From: Caecitellus pseudoparvulus
Lineage: Eukaryota > Protista > Bigyra: Bicosoecida
Reading direction: 5' to 3'
Length of the DNA stretch: 64,000 nucleotides
Assembly (NCBI GenBank): GCA_965644315.1
Contig: CBFFRQ010000069.1
Span: 248,001 to 312,000 of the forward strand
Positions 1 through 11,473 of the stretch are shown one piece after another. Under the pieces are notes generated by a model. It worked only from the letters and a program-made list of their open reading frames with translations. It made no database searches and was not told the origin of the DNA. How positions within the stretch are numbered: the first letter of the stretch is position 1; each line of letters opens with the position of its first letter. A program made the position numbers and the translations under genes.

Positions 1-1934
1 CCACGGCAACGGTGTCCACGAGGAGGGGGTGGGCTCCAGGCCCCTGTTCAGAGGCGCCTGCAGCTCCCCCGCTGGGTGTTGCCGCAGGCGGCCGGGCACT
101 CTTGGAATCCTCTTCCTTGCTCTCCTCCTCGTCGTCCAGCTGGGCGAACCAGTTCAGGAGCCAGAAGTTGTACAGCTTGTCCTTGGCCAGGGCCTGTAGG
201 ATGCGGGGGGCCCCCACCAAGGAGGCGAGCGCGGAAGACAGGGTCGCGGCAAAGACGCCGGCAAAGAGCAGAGGTTCCCACACAGCCATGTCCTTCATGA
301 TCAGGCGGTTGTACACGAGGCCACCAGAGGGAGCAGACACCCCCCCCACCTCGTCGTTCACAGCCCGCACCCAGTCACCGGTGTTGTACGCGTACGTCAC
401 GTTGACGCCGTTCACCACCGCAGACACTCCGTCACACACGTCGCCTTCGCACCGCACAGCTGCCGAGCCCACCACCCACAGTAGAGCGATGTACGTGATG
501 AAGGTGACGACGATGCCCCACAGGGTGCCCTTGGGGATGGCCACGCTGGGGCGGGCTAAGTCCCCGCTCATGTTGGCGCCGGCCATGATGCCGGTGACAG
601 CGGGGAAGAAGATGGCGAAGACGGAGAAGAAGGTATGCATCTCCCCTGTCTCCAGGTCCAGAGTGTACTTGGGCTCCAGCACGTCCGAGACACTGGCGGT
701 GCCCACCCCGTAGAAGCCGGCTGCGTTGTTGGAAGCCTCGCTGGGCACAGTCGGGAGGAAGGCGCCGATGAAGACGGCCAGCATGGCGATGATGAGGATG
801 ACCAGCAGCAGGATCTGCACTTTCGCGTACCACCCCACGCCGATGAGGGCGATGATGAGCAGGAAGACGTTGGTGCAGATGCCGATGATGCGCAGGTCGT
901 TGATGGGGTCGCCCGTGAAGCTGCCGGAGCCGTCCGGCGACACGTAGATGCCCACCACCGACTCGGCGAAGCCGATGACGTACAGGCTCACCGCGACCGA
1001 CTGTGCGACGTAGAAGAGCACACCCAGTGCGCCGCCGAACTGCGGGCCCAGGGCGCGGGAGATGAGGTAGTACGCGCCTCCGCCCTTCACTTCGCCGTTG
1101 GTGGCGATGGCGCAGAGGGAGAGGGCAGTGATGGTCGTGACGACGTTGGCCAGGACGATGATGAGGGTCCCCATGCCCAGGCCGGCTTGGCCTGCCACCC
1201 AGCCCAGGCGCAAGAACATGATGACGCCCCTGTGCCGAGGGAAGAAGGCGCGCGCGGTGTCCAGCGAAGGTGGGCGAGGGGCAAACTCGGAAGCGGCAGC
1301 CTGGCGCAGGAGCCCCAGGGCGAGAGCGGGGAGGCCTGCGGCCGTCATGCACGCACCAGATGTTCAGCAAGACGGGCACCATGACGCCTTCGAACCAGCC
1401 CAGCTTGGTGGCGGCCGGAGCGGCGGCCTTGGCCTCTCCCTGTGAAGGGCAGAAAGGAAGGTAAACACGGCGTCACAGACAGCGGCGACCCCAAGCGTGG
1501 CGCCACTGGCAAGGGAGAGGAGTCCAAACACAGGGAGGCACAGCAAGGGCTGTGACGGAATTGCTAGCCTTTGGCGATGCGTGGGCCGAGCAAGACCACA
1601 AGCAGTCCGGCAACCCGCGGGAGTTGAGCAAGGAAACGCTACGCCAACGCCCGCGCAACCGCACATCAGGCGCCACGCAACAGCCCACACGCGCAGGGCC
1701 ACGAGTCAGCACTTACACCGCCGCTGGCTGTTCCTTGAGGGGCTTCCTTTGCTGCCCTCTGAGCTGCCTGCCCTCCCAATGCCTGCAGCCGGGGGAGCGC
1801 CGAGACCGGTTGTGATGGGCTGCAGGCGATGCCTGCTCTGCGGCACTTACGCCGGACGCGAAGGCAGCGACGTCCAGGTTCGCCCGCCCACCGCCTTGGC
1901 GGTAGGTGGATGTACCTGGCTGAGCTGCGTCCAT
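1..1934 (-). CDS. SLC12-family cation-chloride cotransporter, 5' part, spliced; runs off the left edge
   Basis: Manual minus-strand translation gives KLGWFEGVMVPVLLNI/WGVIMFLRLGWVAGQAG, AIATNGEVKGGGAYYLISRALGPQFGG, FFPAVTGIMAGANMSGDL and LVGAPRILQALAKD, all SLC12 hallmarks. Introns at about 1231-1357 and 1440-1716. The start ATG at 1934 is tentative. Confidence 0.92.
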
Positions 1935-2260
1935 GACTTGCACGACACCAACGCTGAGCGAGCGCGCAGTTGAGTGCCTATCACCTTGACCTGGCACTGG
2001 TGCCAGGCAGGAGTGCTCACGGCTTGCCGGGCGAAGGGCGCACCGAAGCCGCGGGAAGGTGGCACGAACCAGCGCGGAGTTGTGGTGTAAAGAGCACGAG
2101 GTGCGGGAGTTGTGGGGGGGAACTGATGATGCCGAGACAGACGGGTAGCCACGCAGCCCAGCACGCAGTCGCCACCAAGGCTCAAATTTCAACCCGCGGC
2201 GACGCACTGTGCCCTCTAGCGAGCACCACTGCAGGCTGCCTCGCACCTTCGCTTGGTCAA

Positions 2261-3757
2261 ATGGCGGTGTACAGGGCCTTGGCGGGGGACCAAGTCACCG
2301 CCGCAGGGCGGCGCGTTGGCGCTGCTCTGGCCGCGCGGTGCCGAAGCAACGCAGCGCCTCCGCTACTTCTGCACCCAAACGCTGCCACAGCAGGCTCAGT
2401 CGGCCGCGTTCTGTCAGCTGCTGGGGTGCAGTCTGAGGCACAGGGTCCCCTTCGCTTGAATGGCCGTGCGTGCAGCCCGTCAACTGAAGTGCAGGCGTGG
2501 GACTGCCTGGGGGTGCCAGGAGTGGAGGGTCCGCGTGCCTGGGGTGCAGGGCGCTTCACAGTGCCCCCCATCCTGGCCTGGAACCGGAACTTCATCGCCA
2601 TGGCGAAGCCAGCTGGCATGCTGAGCCAGCCTGTGCGGGATGCAGCCGGGCACGCCACTTGGCCAGTCGAGTTTGGCGAGGGATTCGCAGGCTGCCCGCC
2701 CGGGGCAGGGCTGTCCGTAGAGGAGGTGGCCAATGCGTGCTCCACATTGGTGCAGGGCAAGCGGGGCCATGCCTTGCACCTGTTGCACCGCATCGATCGG
2801 TGAGTGCCGCTGAGGGCAGGCGTCGCGGCCAGCGACAGGGCACGCAGACCACATTGGCGCCGCCACCGCAGCCTGACGACAGGAGTAGTGGTTCTTGTGC
2901 GGAAACGAACACTCGTCAGCCCGCTTCAGGAAGCATGGAATGATCCCAGCACCGTGCACAAGACATACCTCGCAGTGGTGGAGGGCCACCCCACATTTGA
3001 GACGCGGTGAGAGTTTCGGCAGGGTTTCGCTTGGGTGCACGAGCACGCGCCAGCGCCCCTCCACCCTCGCAGGCTGCTTCGCGGGGGCATTGCCCCTCGC
3101 CATGGGACAAAGCATGCATTCACTGTGTCTCCTCGGGGCAAGCCATCCCGCACCGAGGTGCGTGTGCTGGGGCACCTGCCCAGGTGTGGTGCCTCCCTCG
3201 TGCAGTGCATCCTGCACACCGGCCGTACACACCAGGCCAGGGTGCATCTGTCGGAAGCAGGTCATCCCGTGGTAGGCGACACACTCTACGGGTCCTCCAT
3301 GCTGCCCGAGGATGTGCTTGCCCCGTCACCTGGCAGCAGCGAGCCCCCAACCAGTCACCCGCCACAGGCAGCCATGCCTCGGCGCACGTCCCCCCTGCCC
3401 TGGGGCCTGGACCCCGACACAGTCTTGGCCAGGCGCGCAGAAATGCTGGCCCGTGATGCTGGTGATGGGGACGATGCGCCGGAGGGGGGGGGCACGGCGC
3501 CGCTGGGGCAGCTGGCGCCAGCCGACTTGCTGGACCTGGTGCGGGGTGATCTGCGCGTCGAGGGCGCTGGCGCAACACCACCCCCACCCATGCTCCTACA
3601 CGCCCATGGTGTGCAGTTGCTCTCCAAGGTGCGCGGCGTGAAACTCAACGCTGTAGCTCCCCCTCCGCCCATCTACGCAGCAGCAGCTGCGCAGGCAAAG
3701 CCTGCGCACGGCGAGTCGGTCCCCCCCCCACCTCTGCAGTTTCGCTTCACAGAGTGA
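2261..3757 (+). CDS. RluA-family pseudouridine synthase (2 introns)
   Basis: Motifs AKPAGMLSQP, HRIDR (catalytic Asp)/LTTGVVV, KTYLAVV, HTGRTHQARVH, GHPVVGDTLYG and LLHAH. GT-AG introns near 2800-2871 and 3007-3072. Confidence 0.9.
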
Positions 3758-3794
3758 GGCAGCCCCGCCTAGAGCTTCTGTGTGTGGCACTTCC

Positions 3795-4724
3795 TCAAAC
3801 CGTAGCTGGTGCTGGGGCGGCACTGTCCTCTCCGCCTGCCCCCTCGGCGGCATATGGTGCTGGCTTTGCCCCCGTGGCGCTGGAGGCAGCGGCGCCTTGG
3901 CGCCCCTGGGAGCTGCCCTCCTCCTCCTCGGAGCCTGCGCCTTCGGGGTCCAGAATATGCACATGGGGCAGGCCTAGGTGGTCCAAGCGGTGCAGCGCCG
4001 CGAGGCTCGCGAGAGCCACGGCCAGCGTGAGGTAGGGTGAGACGATGTTCATGGCGAGGGACGGCACGAAGTACAGCGTACGCAGGCCCCAGGTCCAGTT
4101 CTCCGTGGCGCGGTCCAGCACGGTCGCGACGAAGGCGGGCGTGATGTGCAGGGGGAGGTGTCTGTTGGAGGCTGGGCTGGCAGCTGCGGCGTCGTGCCGG
4201 CGACGCAGCGTGGAGTGCTCCCCATGCGACGCGGGCACTGTGATGAGGAACTCAGCGTGCGTTGCCAGCCGCACAGCTTGCGAGAACAAAAAGGCGCTAA
4301 TGAGGAAGGCGCCAGACACCAGCGCGATCTTGCCCATGAGCAGGGCCGTGGACGAGGCACAGTCCGCGCTGGCGTTGTCTGCCGTGGCGCCAGGCAGGCA
4401 GTTTGGGTATGCGGTGATGATGAGGCCCACCAGGCCGAAGGCGACCACGACGTTGGAAGATGCGAAGAAGGAGCTGCTGCGAATGTAGTCACGCATGGTG
4501 TTCACGCCTGCCCCGCCTCCCCGCGCGTGGTGCACGTGCACCCACGCCCGCCGCGCATGTCGCATGACACGCGACATGGACAGGCGTGCTGGGAATTCCT
4601 GCTGGGCGAGGGACTGCCTTTCGCAACAGCGCTGTACGGAGTAGTACGAGCTGAAAATCAGGACAGACGCGAGTGGCATGACCACCTCTGCCCAAATGGG
4701 CGCATCCCCAGTCAGAAACGCCAT
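3795..4724 (-). CDS. DUF599-family membrane protein
   Basis: Pattern RRAWV...VNTMRDYIRSSSFFAS...FLFSQAVRL...NWTWGLRTLYF with several hydrophobic helices resembles DUF599, recognised from memory. Confidence 0.75.
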   Translation of the reverse strand: MAFLTGDAPIWAEVVMPLASVLIFSSYYSVQRCCERQSLAQQEFPARLSMSRVMRHARRAWVHVHHARGGGAGVNTMRDYIRSSSFFASSNVVVAFGLVGLIITAYPNCLPGATADNASADCASSTALLMGKIALVSGAFLISAFLFSQAVRLATHAEFLITVPASHGEHSTLRRRHDAAAASPASNRHLPLHITPAFVATVLDRATENWTWGLRTLYFVPSLAMNIVSPYLTLAVALASLAALHRLDHLGLPHVHILDPEGAGSEEEEGSSQGRQGAAASSATGAKPAPYAAEGAGGEDSAAPAPATV

Positions 4725-4852
4725 GGTTTGTGCGGGGGACAGAATCAGTTTCCGCACAGGCACCAGGCATACACAGCCATTTAGCATGGACGCCACGTCC
4801 CGCGAGGGGGGTGAGTGCTGTGCATCCCGACGTGTGCCTGGATTCTATGAAG

Positions 4853-6359
4853 CTACAACTCATCGTCACTCTCCCCTTCTTCCTCTGCCGCGGCAGGGGG
4901 GGCAGCTGCTGCGTCTGAGGGGGGTGCTGGCGCTGGTGCATCGGCAGCGGAAGCTGCGCCGTCGCCTCCCTGCGCCACGTACTCCGCATGGGGGCCCCAA
5001 TCAATGCTGATCAGATCACTGGATGCCGTCATGGCCCGCTCAGCTGCAGGCAACACGCTCCAGTTGGGGCTGGCCTGCACTTTGTGCCAGCCGAAGTCAT
5101 CCACCTCCCGCCACATGCCTGCGACGGACGGCGCAGCGATGGGCTGCAAGCCTGCCTCCTCCAGCTCCCCGGACAGGGAGGGGAATGACACAGGGTAAGG
5201 CGCGAAGCGCAGTTCGCTGCAAAACTCGATGATGGGCCGTGAATGCACATGCAAGTAGAAGTCACAGCGTGTGGACGTGTGCAAGCGGATCTGCCGCGAG
5301 GCCAGCATGAATGTGCAGTCCTGGCAGTTGTGCAGGAGGACTGACCCAGCCACTGCACCAGTGTACACTTTGCAATTCTGCAGTCCATCCACGCGAATGG
5401 CCCGAGTCTGGCTCAGGCTGTGGCGGCGGCGGGTGGGCGGCGGTGGTTGGAGGGGGTGAGTGCCGTCGGCGGCGAACGCAGGCGGTGACGCACATGAGGA
5501 CGGTGCAGTCTTTGAGATCGGCTAGGCGCATGTCGTTGCCCTTGGAGGCCCCCGAGTCTCCGCCCACGATGATGCTCTCGCCCTGCTTGCCGCTCACAAG
5601 CACTTCCTCGGCTGCCAGAGCAGCCATGGCGGCCTCTGACTCGGTTGCCAGGCGGCGAGAGGCCTCCTCAGTGGCAGATCTCGAGGCAGCAGTGGCTGCG
5701 CCCTGCCCTGCTTCTCGCCGGGCACGCAGACGCGCACGCGCCTTGTCTGAGAAGCGGAACTTTCGCCGAGGAGTCAGCTTGGCTCGGGCCAGCTCGAACG
5801 TGCCTTGAAGGGCAAGGAAGTTCTGCAAGAGGGGGTGGGGTGGATGTACAGTGGTGGGGCGTGGGGCGTAGCTTTGCTTGTGCCACGCGCACCTTCTGTG
5901 CCTTCTCGGCATCGTACGTCGGCAGGGCGAGCGCTGCGTCGGCGACCAGCTTGCGGATTGCAGCCATGGACTCCGTCCAGCCCGTCACAGCTCGCTCAGC
6001 AGCCACTGGGTCAATGCTGTGCCCTGCCTTAGTAAGTTGCTTGTCGATGGCCGTCTCAAGCTCTGCGGCGGTCAGCACCCGCCAGTTGCGTGCCGCGATT
6101 GCTCAGGCATGCCGAGCGAAACGCAAGCAAGCTCGCACCCTTGGACGCAAAGTTGTACTGAGCCCAGAACTGCTCAGCAGCTTCGCCGCCAGAGACAGAT
6201 CCCGACAGCCGGGCGGCGACAGCAGCATTGCGTTGCTTACGGCTTGCGTCCAGCTTCGCAAACACGTGCTGGCGCTTGGAGGCCTGTGCGGAGGCGAAAC
6301 GCCAGCGTGCAGCCTGCACGCCGCTGCGCCAACGACACTGCGTGCCGAGCGCTCACCAT
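4853..6359 (-). CDS. TBCC: Tubulin-specific chaperone C (spliced)
   Basis: LPTYDAEKAQ, KLTPRRKFRFS, GAVAGSVLLHNCQDCTFMLASRQIRLH, SRPIIEFCSELRFAPY and WREVDDFGWHKVQASPNW. The first exon is probably the ATG alone (6357-6359) followed by a GTGAGC donor. Confidence 0.92.
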
Positions 6360-6879
6360 TTCGGCACCGATGAGTGGTTTTTCAGCCATATCTGCTGTCA
6401 GGTCTCGGCACCTGCTTCGCAGCTGTATTGGCACGCAAAGCACCAGCTGCTGTCTCAACGGCAACACCTCCCGGCTCGGGCGCAGTGCGAAGTCACGAAC
6501 GCAAGCAGCATATGCTCCACAGTACATGTAAGAGTGGCTGTGTGGCGGTTTGCAGGACTCTGTGGAAATTGAGGTCCAAGTTTTCGGACTTGTACTGTTG
6601 CAGGGGCATCATACTACGGCTCTGCTTCCCTGGATTGCCTTCTTGCTATTAGGCCGAGTTAGGTTGGTCTTGCAAAGAATGAAAAATGATACTCCTAAAC
6701 ATGAGGTGAGCCCAAAATCAAGCTTGTATCGAGCTGACAGGGGAGGCAGCTCTACCCCCCACAAACATAGCACCTGTTTGCCCTTCCTCGCAAAGTTCGT
6801 GCTGTGCAGTGGGTTCGTGTTTTCGTGCGGAAGTTGGTGCAGGAGCAAGTGCCGCACGGCGGGCCCTCGGCAGACCGCC

Positions 6880-8913
6880 ATGGCAGCGACGGGCAGGTGT
6901 GTAGCATGCAGCGGCCTGCCATGCAGGACCACAGCGCATTGGAGCATGTGCGCTTTGCTGTGCAGGCGTGTGGGAGGCACGAAGCGCCGGGCAGAGGAGG
7001 ACGTGGATGGCCTGGCAGCTTTGATCGCAGAGACAGAGGAGCAGTATGAAGAGTACGTCCCGCTGAGGGAAAGGCGGGCACGAGAGGAACGCAAGCGCCG
7101 AGAACGCATGGCCGCTCGTCGAGGCGAAGTCCTCCCGCCAGAGCCAGAGCCAGAGCAGGCAGAGGCCTCAGCGACGGCGGCCGAGCCAGCCAGAGGTCTG
7201 GACATGTTTGCGCCAGCGTCAAAGCCTGTGCCAGCAGCCGCAGGTGCGGGCACCGGACCAGAAAGCGGCAAGGAGGAAGAGGAGGAGGGGGGGGGGGAGA
7301 TGACCTTGCTGGAGGAAGCACAGCGGGAGATGGTCAGTCGGGGCGGCGTGCTAGTGACGGAGGCTGAGAAGGAAGCAGCTGAGACGGCGCAGCTGCTGCG
7401 GCAGGTGCTGCTGGCCAAGCAGTCAGCCCTAAAGAGCGCCGGGGAAATCGCCCAGGGCGTGCAGTACACGGAGCCCATGACGACGGACTGGTGCCCCCCT
7501 CGCTACCTGCGTGGCCTGCCTGCGGACGAGGTGGAGGCCCGGCGGGAGAAGGGCGGCATGATCGTGCAGGGGGACTCCACCATGGCGCCCTGCACGCGCT
7601 TCGAAGACATGAAGTTGCCGCCGCCCATCCTGGCTGCGCTGGCTGAGAAGGGCATCACAGCGCCCACCCCCATCCAGGCGCAGGGCCTGCCGTTTGCGCT
7701 GGCCGGGCGGGATGTGGTGGGCATCGCCTTCACTGGCTCCGGCAAGACCCTTGTTTTCTCCCTGCCCATGGTGCTGTGGGCGCTGCAGGAGGAGCTGCGC
7801 ATGCCACTGGGTCGGGGGGAAGGGCCCATCGGCATCATCGTCTGCCCTGCGCGTGAGCTGGCCAGGCAGACGTACCAGACGGTGCAGCACCTGTGCGAGC
7901 ACCTGGTGCGCGGCGGCATGCCGGAGCTGCGCACAATGTTGGCCATTGGAGGGGAGGACATGCGCTCCCAGATGGCAGTGGTGCAAGCAGGGTGCCACAT
8001 GATCGTGGCGACGCCAGGGCGCCTGAATGACCATCTTGCCAAGGGCCGCATCACCCTAGACCTGTGCAAGTACATCGCCCTGGATGAGGGCGACCGCATG
8101 CTGGACATGCCTTTTGACGAGGAGGTGCAGCGCATCATGGCGCGGTTTGCCCACCAGCGCCAGACGCTGATCTTCTCAGCCACCATGCCGGAGAAGGTGC
8201 AGTTCTTTGCGCGGAACTCCCTGGTCAAGCCCGTGGTGGTGAATGTGGGGCGGGCTGGCGCGACGTCCTTGGACGTGATCCAGGAGGTGGAGTACGTGGT
8301 GGAGGAGGCCAAGATGCTGCAGACGCTGCAGTGCCTGCAAAAGACGCCGCCACCTGTCATCATCTTCGCCGACAAGCAGCCGGTGGTGGACCGCATCAAC
8401 GAGTACCTCCTGCTGAAGGGCGTGCGGGCCACGTCCATCCACGGCGGCAAGAGCCAGGAGGAGCGCAACCGGGCCATGGACGAGTTCCGCGCCTGCACCA
8501 AGGACGTGCTGGTGGCCAACGACGTCGCTGCCAAGGGCCTGGACTTCCCAGGCGTGCAGCACGTCATCAACTTTGACATGCCCGGGGAGCTGGAGAACTA
8601 CGTGCACCGCATCGGGCGCACGGGGCGTCGAGGAAAGACCGGCGTCGCCACCACCTTTGTGAACCGGGACGTGCCAGAGGAGACCCTGCTGGACCTCAAG
8701 CACCTGCTCATGGAGGCCAAGCAGCCCATCCCAGTGTTCCTGAACACCCTGCATGACCCTGACGAGGCGGTGTTCCTGTCCGAGGGGCCCGTCAAGGACC
8801 GCATCTGCCAGTACTGCGGCGGCTTCCACCGACTGCAGTCGTGCCGGAAGATGCAGAGGGACGCCCGGGCCATGTCTTCGGCTAAGCGAGACTTCCTGGG
8901 GGGTGAGCAGTAG
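6880..8913 (+). CDS. DDX41: DEAD-box RNA helicase DDX41/Abstrakt
   Basis: YTEPMTTDWCPP, PTPIQAQGLP, GIAFTGSGKT, motif II DEGD, SAT, LQKTPPPVIIF, HRIGRTGR and a C-terminal zinc knuckle CQYCGGFHRLQSC. Confidence 0.93.
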   Translation: MAATGRCVACSGLPCRTTAHWSMCALLCRRVGGTKRRAEEDVDGLAALIAETEEQYEEYVPLRERRAREERKRRERMAARRGEVLPPEPEPEQAEASATAAEPARGLDMFAPASKPVPAAAGAGTGPESGKEEEEEGGGEMTLLEEAQREMVSRGGVLVTEAEKEAAETAQLLRQVLLAKQSALKSAGEIAQGVQYTEPMTTDWCPPRYLRGLPADEVEARREKGGMIVQGDSTMAPCTRFEDMKLPPPILAALAEKGITAPTPIQAQGLPFALAGRDVVGIAFTGSGKTLVFSLPMVLWALQEELRMPLGRGEGPIGIIVCPARELARQTYQTVQHLCEHLVRGGMPELRTMLAIGGEDMRSQMAVVQAGCHMIVATPGRLNDHLAKGRITLDLCKYIALDEGDRMLDMPFDEEVQRIMARFAHQRQTLIFSATMPEKVQFFARNSLVKPVVVNVGRAGATSLDVIQEVEYVVEEAKMLQTLQCLQKTPPPVIIFADKQPVVDRINEYLLLKGVRATSIHGGKSQEERNRAMDEFRACTKDVLVANDVAAKGLDFPGVQHVINFDMPGELENYVHRIGRTGRRGKTGVATTFVNRDVPEETLLDLKHLLMEAKQPIPVFLNTLHDPDEAVFLSEGPVKDRICQYCGGFHRLQSCRKMQRDARAMSSAKRDFLGGEQ

Positions 8914-8987
8914 CGCCATGTGGCAGGTGGCAAGCGAAGGCCTGAATTCACGAACTAGTCTGCGCCCCCAGCACACCCGCGGACTGC

Positions 8988-10857
8988 CTAGAACAAGTTG
9001 GCCTTCTTCTTCTGGTTGATGCGCTTCCACTTGGGCTGCGCGTTGAAGGTGGCCTTGTCCATGCCGAAGGTCGCCTCGAAATCCTCGTCATCCAGCCACT
9101 GCTCGCGGTGGGCAGGCTCCACGCCCTCAGGCAAGCTCGCCGCGGGCACGGCCAGGGCCGAAATGTCGTAGAACTGCTCAACTGTGATCTCCTCTGGGGC
9201 CCCTGATGCAGCGACTGGAGCGGTCTTCTTGGCAGGGGCAGCGGTCGCAGCTGCAGCGGCAGCAGGCGCGGGGGCACGGGCGCCGATGGCACCACGGCTG
9301 CCCTTGCCCCAATTGCGGGCGCCTGGCACGACGGAGAGGCGCTTGACCTGGCGGCGGACGAAGCCACGCCCTGCCAGGTCCGAGGCAGACAGGTTCATGG
9401 CGGAGGGCACGGGCAGCTCCGGCACCTCATCATCCTCCTCGTCTTCCTCCTCCACAGCAGCCAGCTCAGCAGCGGCAACTTCCGCGGCTTCTGCGGCCTC
9501 GGCGGCGCGCTCCTCGCCCCCCTCCGGGGACTCCGCGGCGGCGGCGGCCGCCGCCTCAGCCGCGGCAGCCGCGGCCTCTGCAGCTGCCGTCTTCTCTGCC
9601 ACGCGCGCAGCCTTCTTGACGGCGTGCTGGGCGGCGCGGAGGCCGTTCTGAGCGTTCACGTTGTCGGGGTCCACGCTCAACACCGACTCGAAGGCCCCTG
9701 CCGCCTCCTCGTACCGCTCCACCTTGAGCATGGCAAAGCCCAGGTTGTACGTGACGTCAGTGAAGTCCTCGCCCTCGCTGCCCTCGCTGGCGGCCTGCAG
9801 AGGGCCCAGGCAGTCCTCGAAGCGGCCCTCCTGCAGCAGCAGGGTGCCCAGCACCGCCTGTGCCTTGATGTTGCTGGGCTTCAGCTCCACGACGGCAGTG
9901 AAGCCTTCGATGGCCTCAGGCAGGCGCTCCGTGCGCATGTACAGGTAGGAGCGGTTGAACAGGCGCGTCTCCGTGGCCTCGATCTCGATGGCCTTGTCGT
10001 AGAAGCCCTCGGCAGCCTCCAGGTCGCCTGCCTGATCCTTGGCCACAGCCGTCTGGGACAGCGCGATGGAGTACAGCTGGTTCACCTGCTCCGTGGCTTC
10101 CCCGTTGGCAATGACACTCTCGTACCACGCCAGGCTTTCCTCGGCCTGCCCCAGCTTGAGCAGGATGTTGGCCTTGTCCGTGACCAGGGTGAAGTCTGAC
10201 TCGTCCTGCTCCAGGGCCTTGTCCACCCACTCCAAGGCGGTGTCGTAGTCTTCCTGAGACATGCTGGCCTCAATGACGCCACGGTATGACTGCTTGAAGG
10301 TGGGGTCTGCCTCCAACACTGCCTTGAAGCTCTCCAATGCCTCCTCTGACTGCCCCAGCTGCTTCTGAGCCACACCCCGGTTGTGCAGCGCGTTCAGGTT
10401 GGAGCTGTCCAGCTCCAATGCAGTGTTGTACTCCTCCAGAGCCTCCTGGTGCTTGCCCAGGTTCAGCAGGCATGCGCCCATGTTCCTGCGAGGCATCGAG
10501 GGGGGCGTGTGCGGCAGCTGCAGTGCAGCATCGCCCCCGCACCTGCAGCCTCACGTGTGAATGGCGGCGGAGTTCACCGTGTCAGCTGAGTCAACCTGTG
10601 GCAAGAACGCGTGCAAGGTGAGCAATGGGCGAGGCAGGACCCGGCTCGGCTCCCTCCCCAGCACAGGCAGCTGCTTCGCGCGGTGCGAGAGCGCTGCCCA
10701 TGTGCACCCTCGCACCGCGACACATCCACGAGCCGTCGGCCACTCGCGTTCGACGCACCTCTGCCAGGGCCAGGACATACTCATCGTACGCGTCCTGGAA
10801 GGACCCTGCGCCGAAGGCTTGGCTTGCCCCAGTCAGGCGATCTTGCAGAGACGTCAT
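8988..10857 (-). CDS. TPR-repeat protein with C-terminal villin headpiece domain
   Basis: Tandem TPRs (NMGACLLNLGKHQEALEEYNTALELD; YNLGFAMLKVERYEEAAGAFESVLSVDP), an Ala/Glu linker, then LPEGVEPAHREQWLDDEDFEATFGMDKATFNAQPKWKRINQKKKANLF. Two 5' introns inferred. Confidence 0.88.
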
Positions 10858-11100
10858 TGTCGCAGATGTCCACGGCTCGACGTGGTGCAAGGCGTGGTGA
10901 GGCGCGCCGTTGTTGGCTTGCACGAGGCAGTGCTGCGCGGGGACACGGAGTTGGTAGAGTTGGGGTGGATATGGTTATTTATGTTGTCTGTCCAAGTTGC
11001 GCACCGCTGCTGCTCAACGTGTTCCGGTGCGCAGCACCGAAATGCTGAATCTGCGGAAGGCAGTGACTAAAATCTTAATAGTACTAGGAGCAAATTTCTG

Positions 11101-11473
11101 ACCTCTTCCGCATCCTTCTGACGTAGTATAATGGTCAGTATACCCGTCTGTCACGCGGGTGATCCGGGTTCAATTCCCGGCGTTAGAGCTTTTTTCCTCC
11201 CCCACAACTATCACCCACAAACCTCAACACCACGACCTCCACCCCCACGCCCCAGCACAAACAACACCACCCATGCATTCCTCACCGCACGTGAGCCGCG
11301 ATCAGCACACGCATACGCTCGGCGATGGCGGCTGGGCTCATGCCCTCCCCGTCCATCGTTGCGGCGGCAGCCACGAAGGCTTTTGCCCGTGCGGCAGCGT
11401 CCAGGGCCGTGGCGGCAGGCGTGGAGGGGTCTTCCTTGGCCTCGGCCGTGCCCCCCACTGCGCCGCGAAGCCC
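11101..11473 (+). repeat. Direct repeat copy 1 (tRNA-Asp plus 3' end of MSH2), partner at 17488-17853
   Basis: Near-identical to 17488-17853 apart from a few substitutions and small indels, including an 8-nt deletion near the right end of the second copy. Confidence 0.95.
11117..11188 (+). tRNA. tRNA-Asp(GTC) copy 1
   Basis: 72 nt; acceptor stem TCTGACG/CGTTAGA, D arm TAGTATAATGGTCAGTATA, anticodon loop CTGTCAC, T loop GGTTCAATTCC; followed by an oligo-T Pol III terminator. Confidence 0.97.

Noticed and set aside
10540-10600. In-frame TGA as selenocysteine or readthrough (also near 46005)
   Set aside because: The TGA lies within GTGAG splice donors, so introns explain it.
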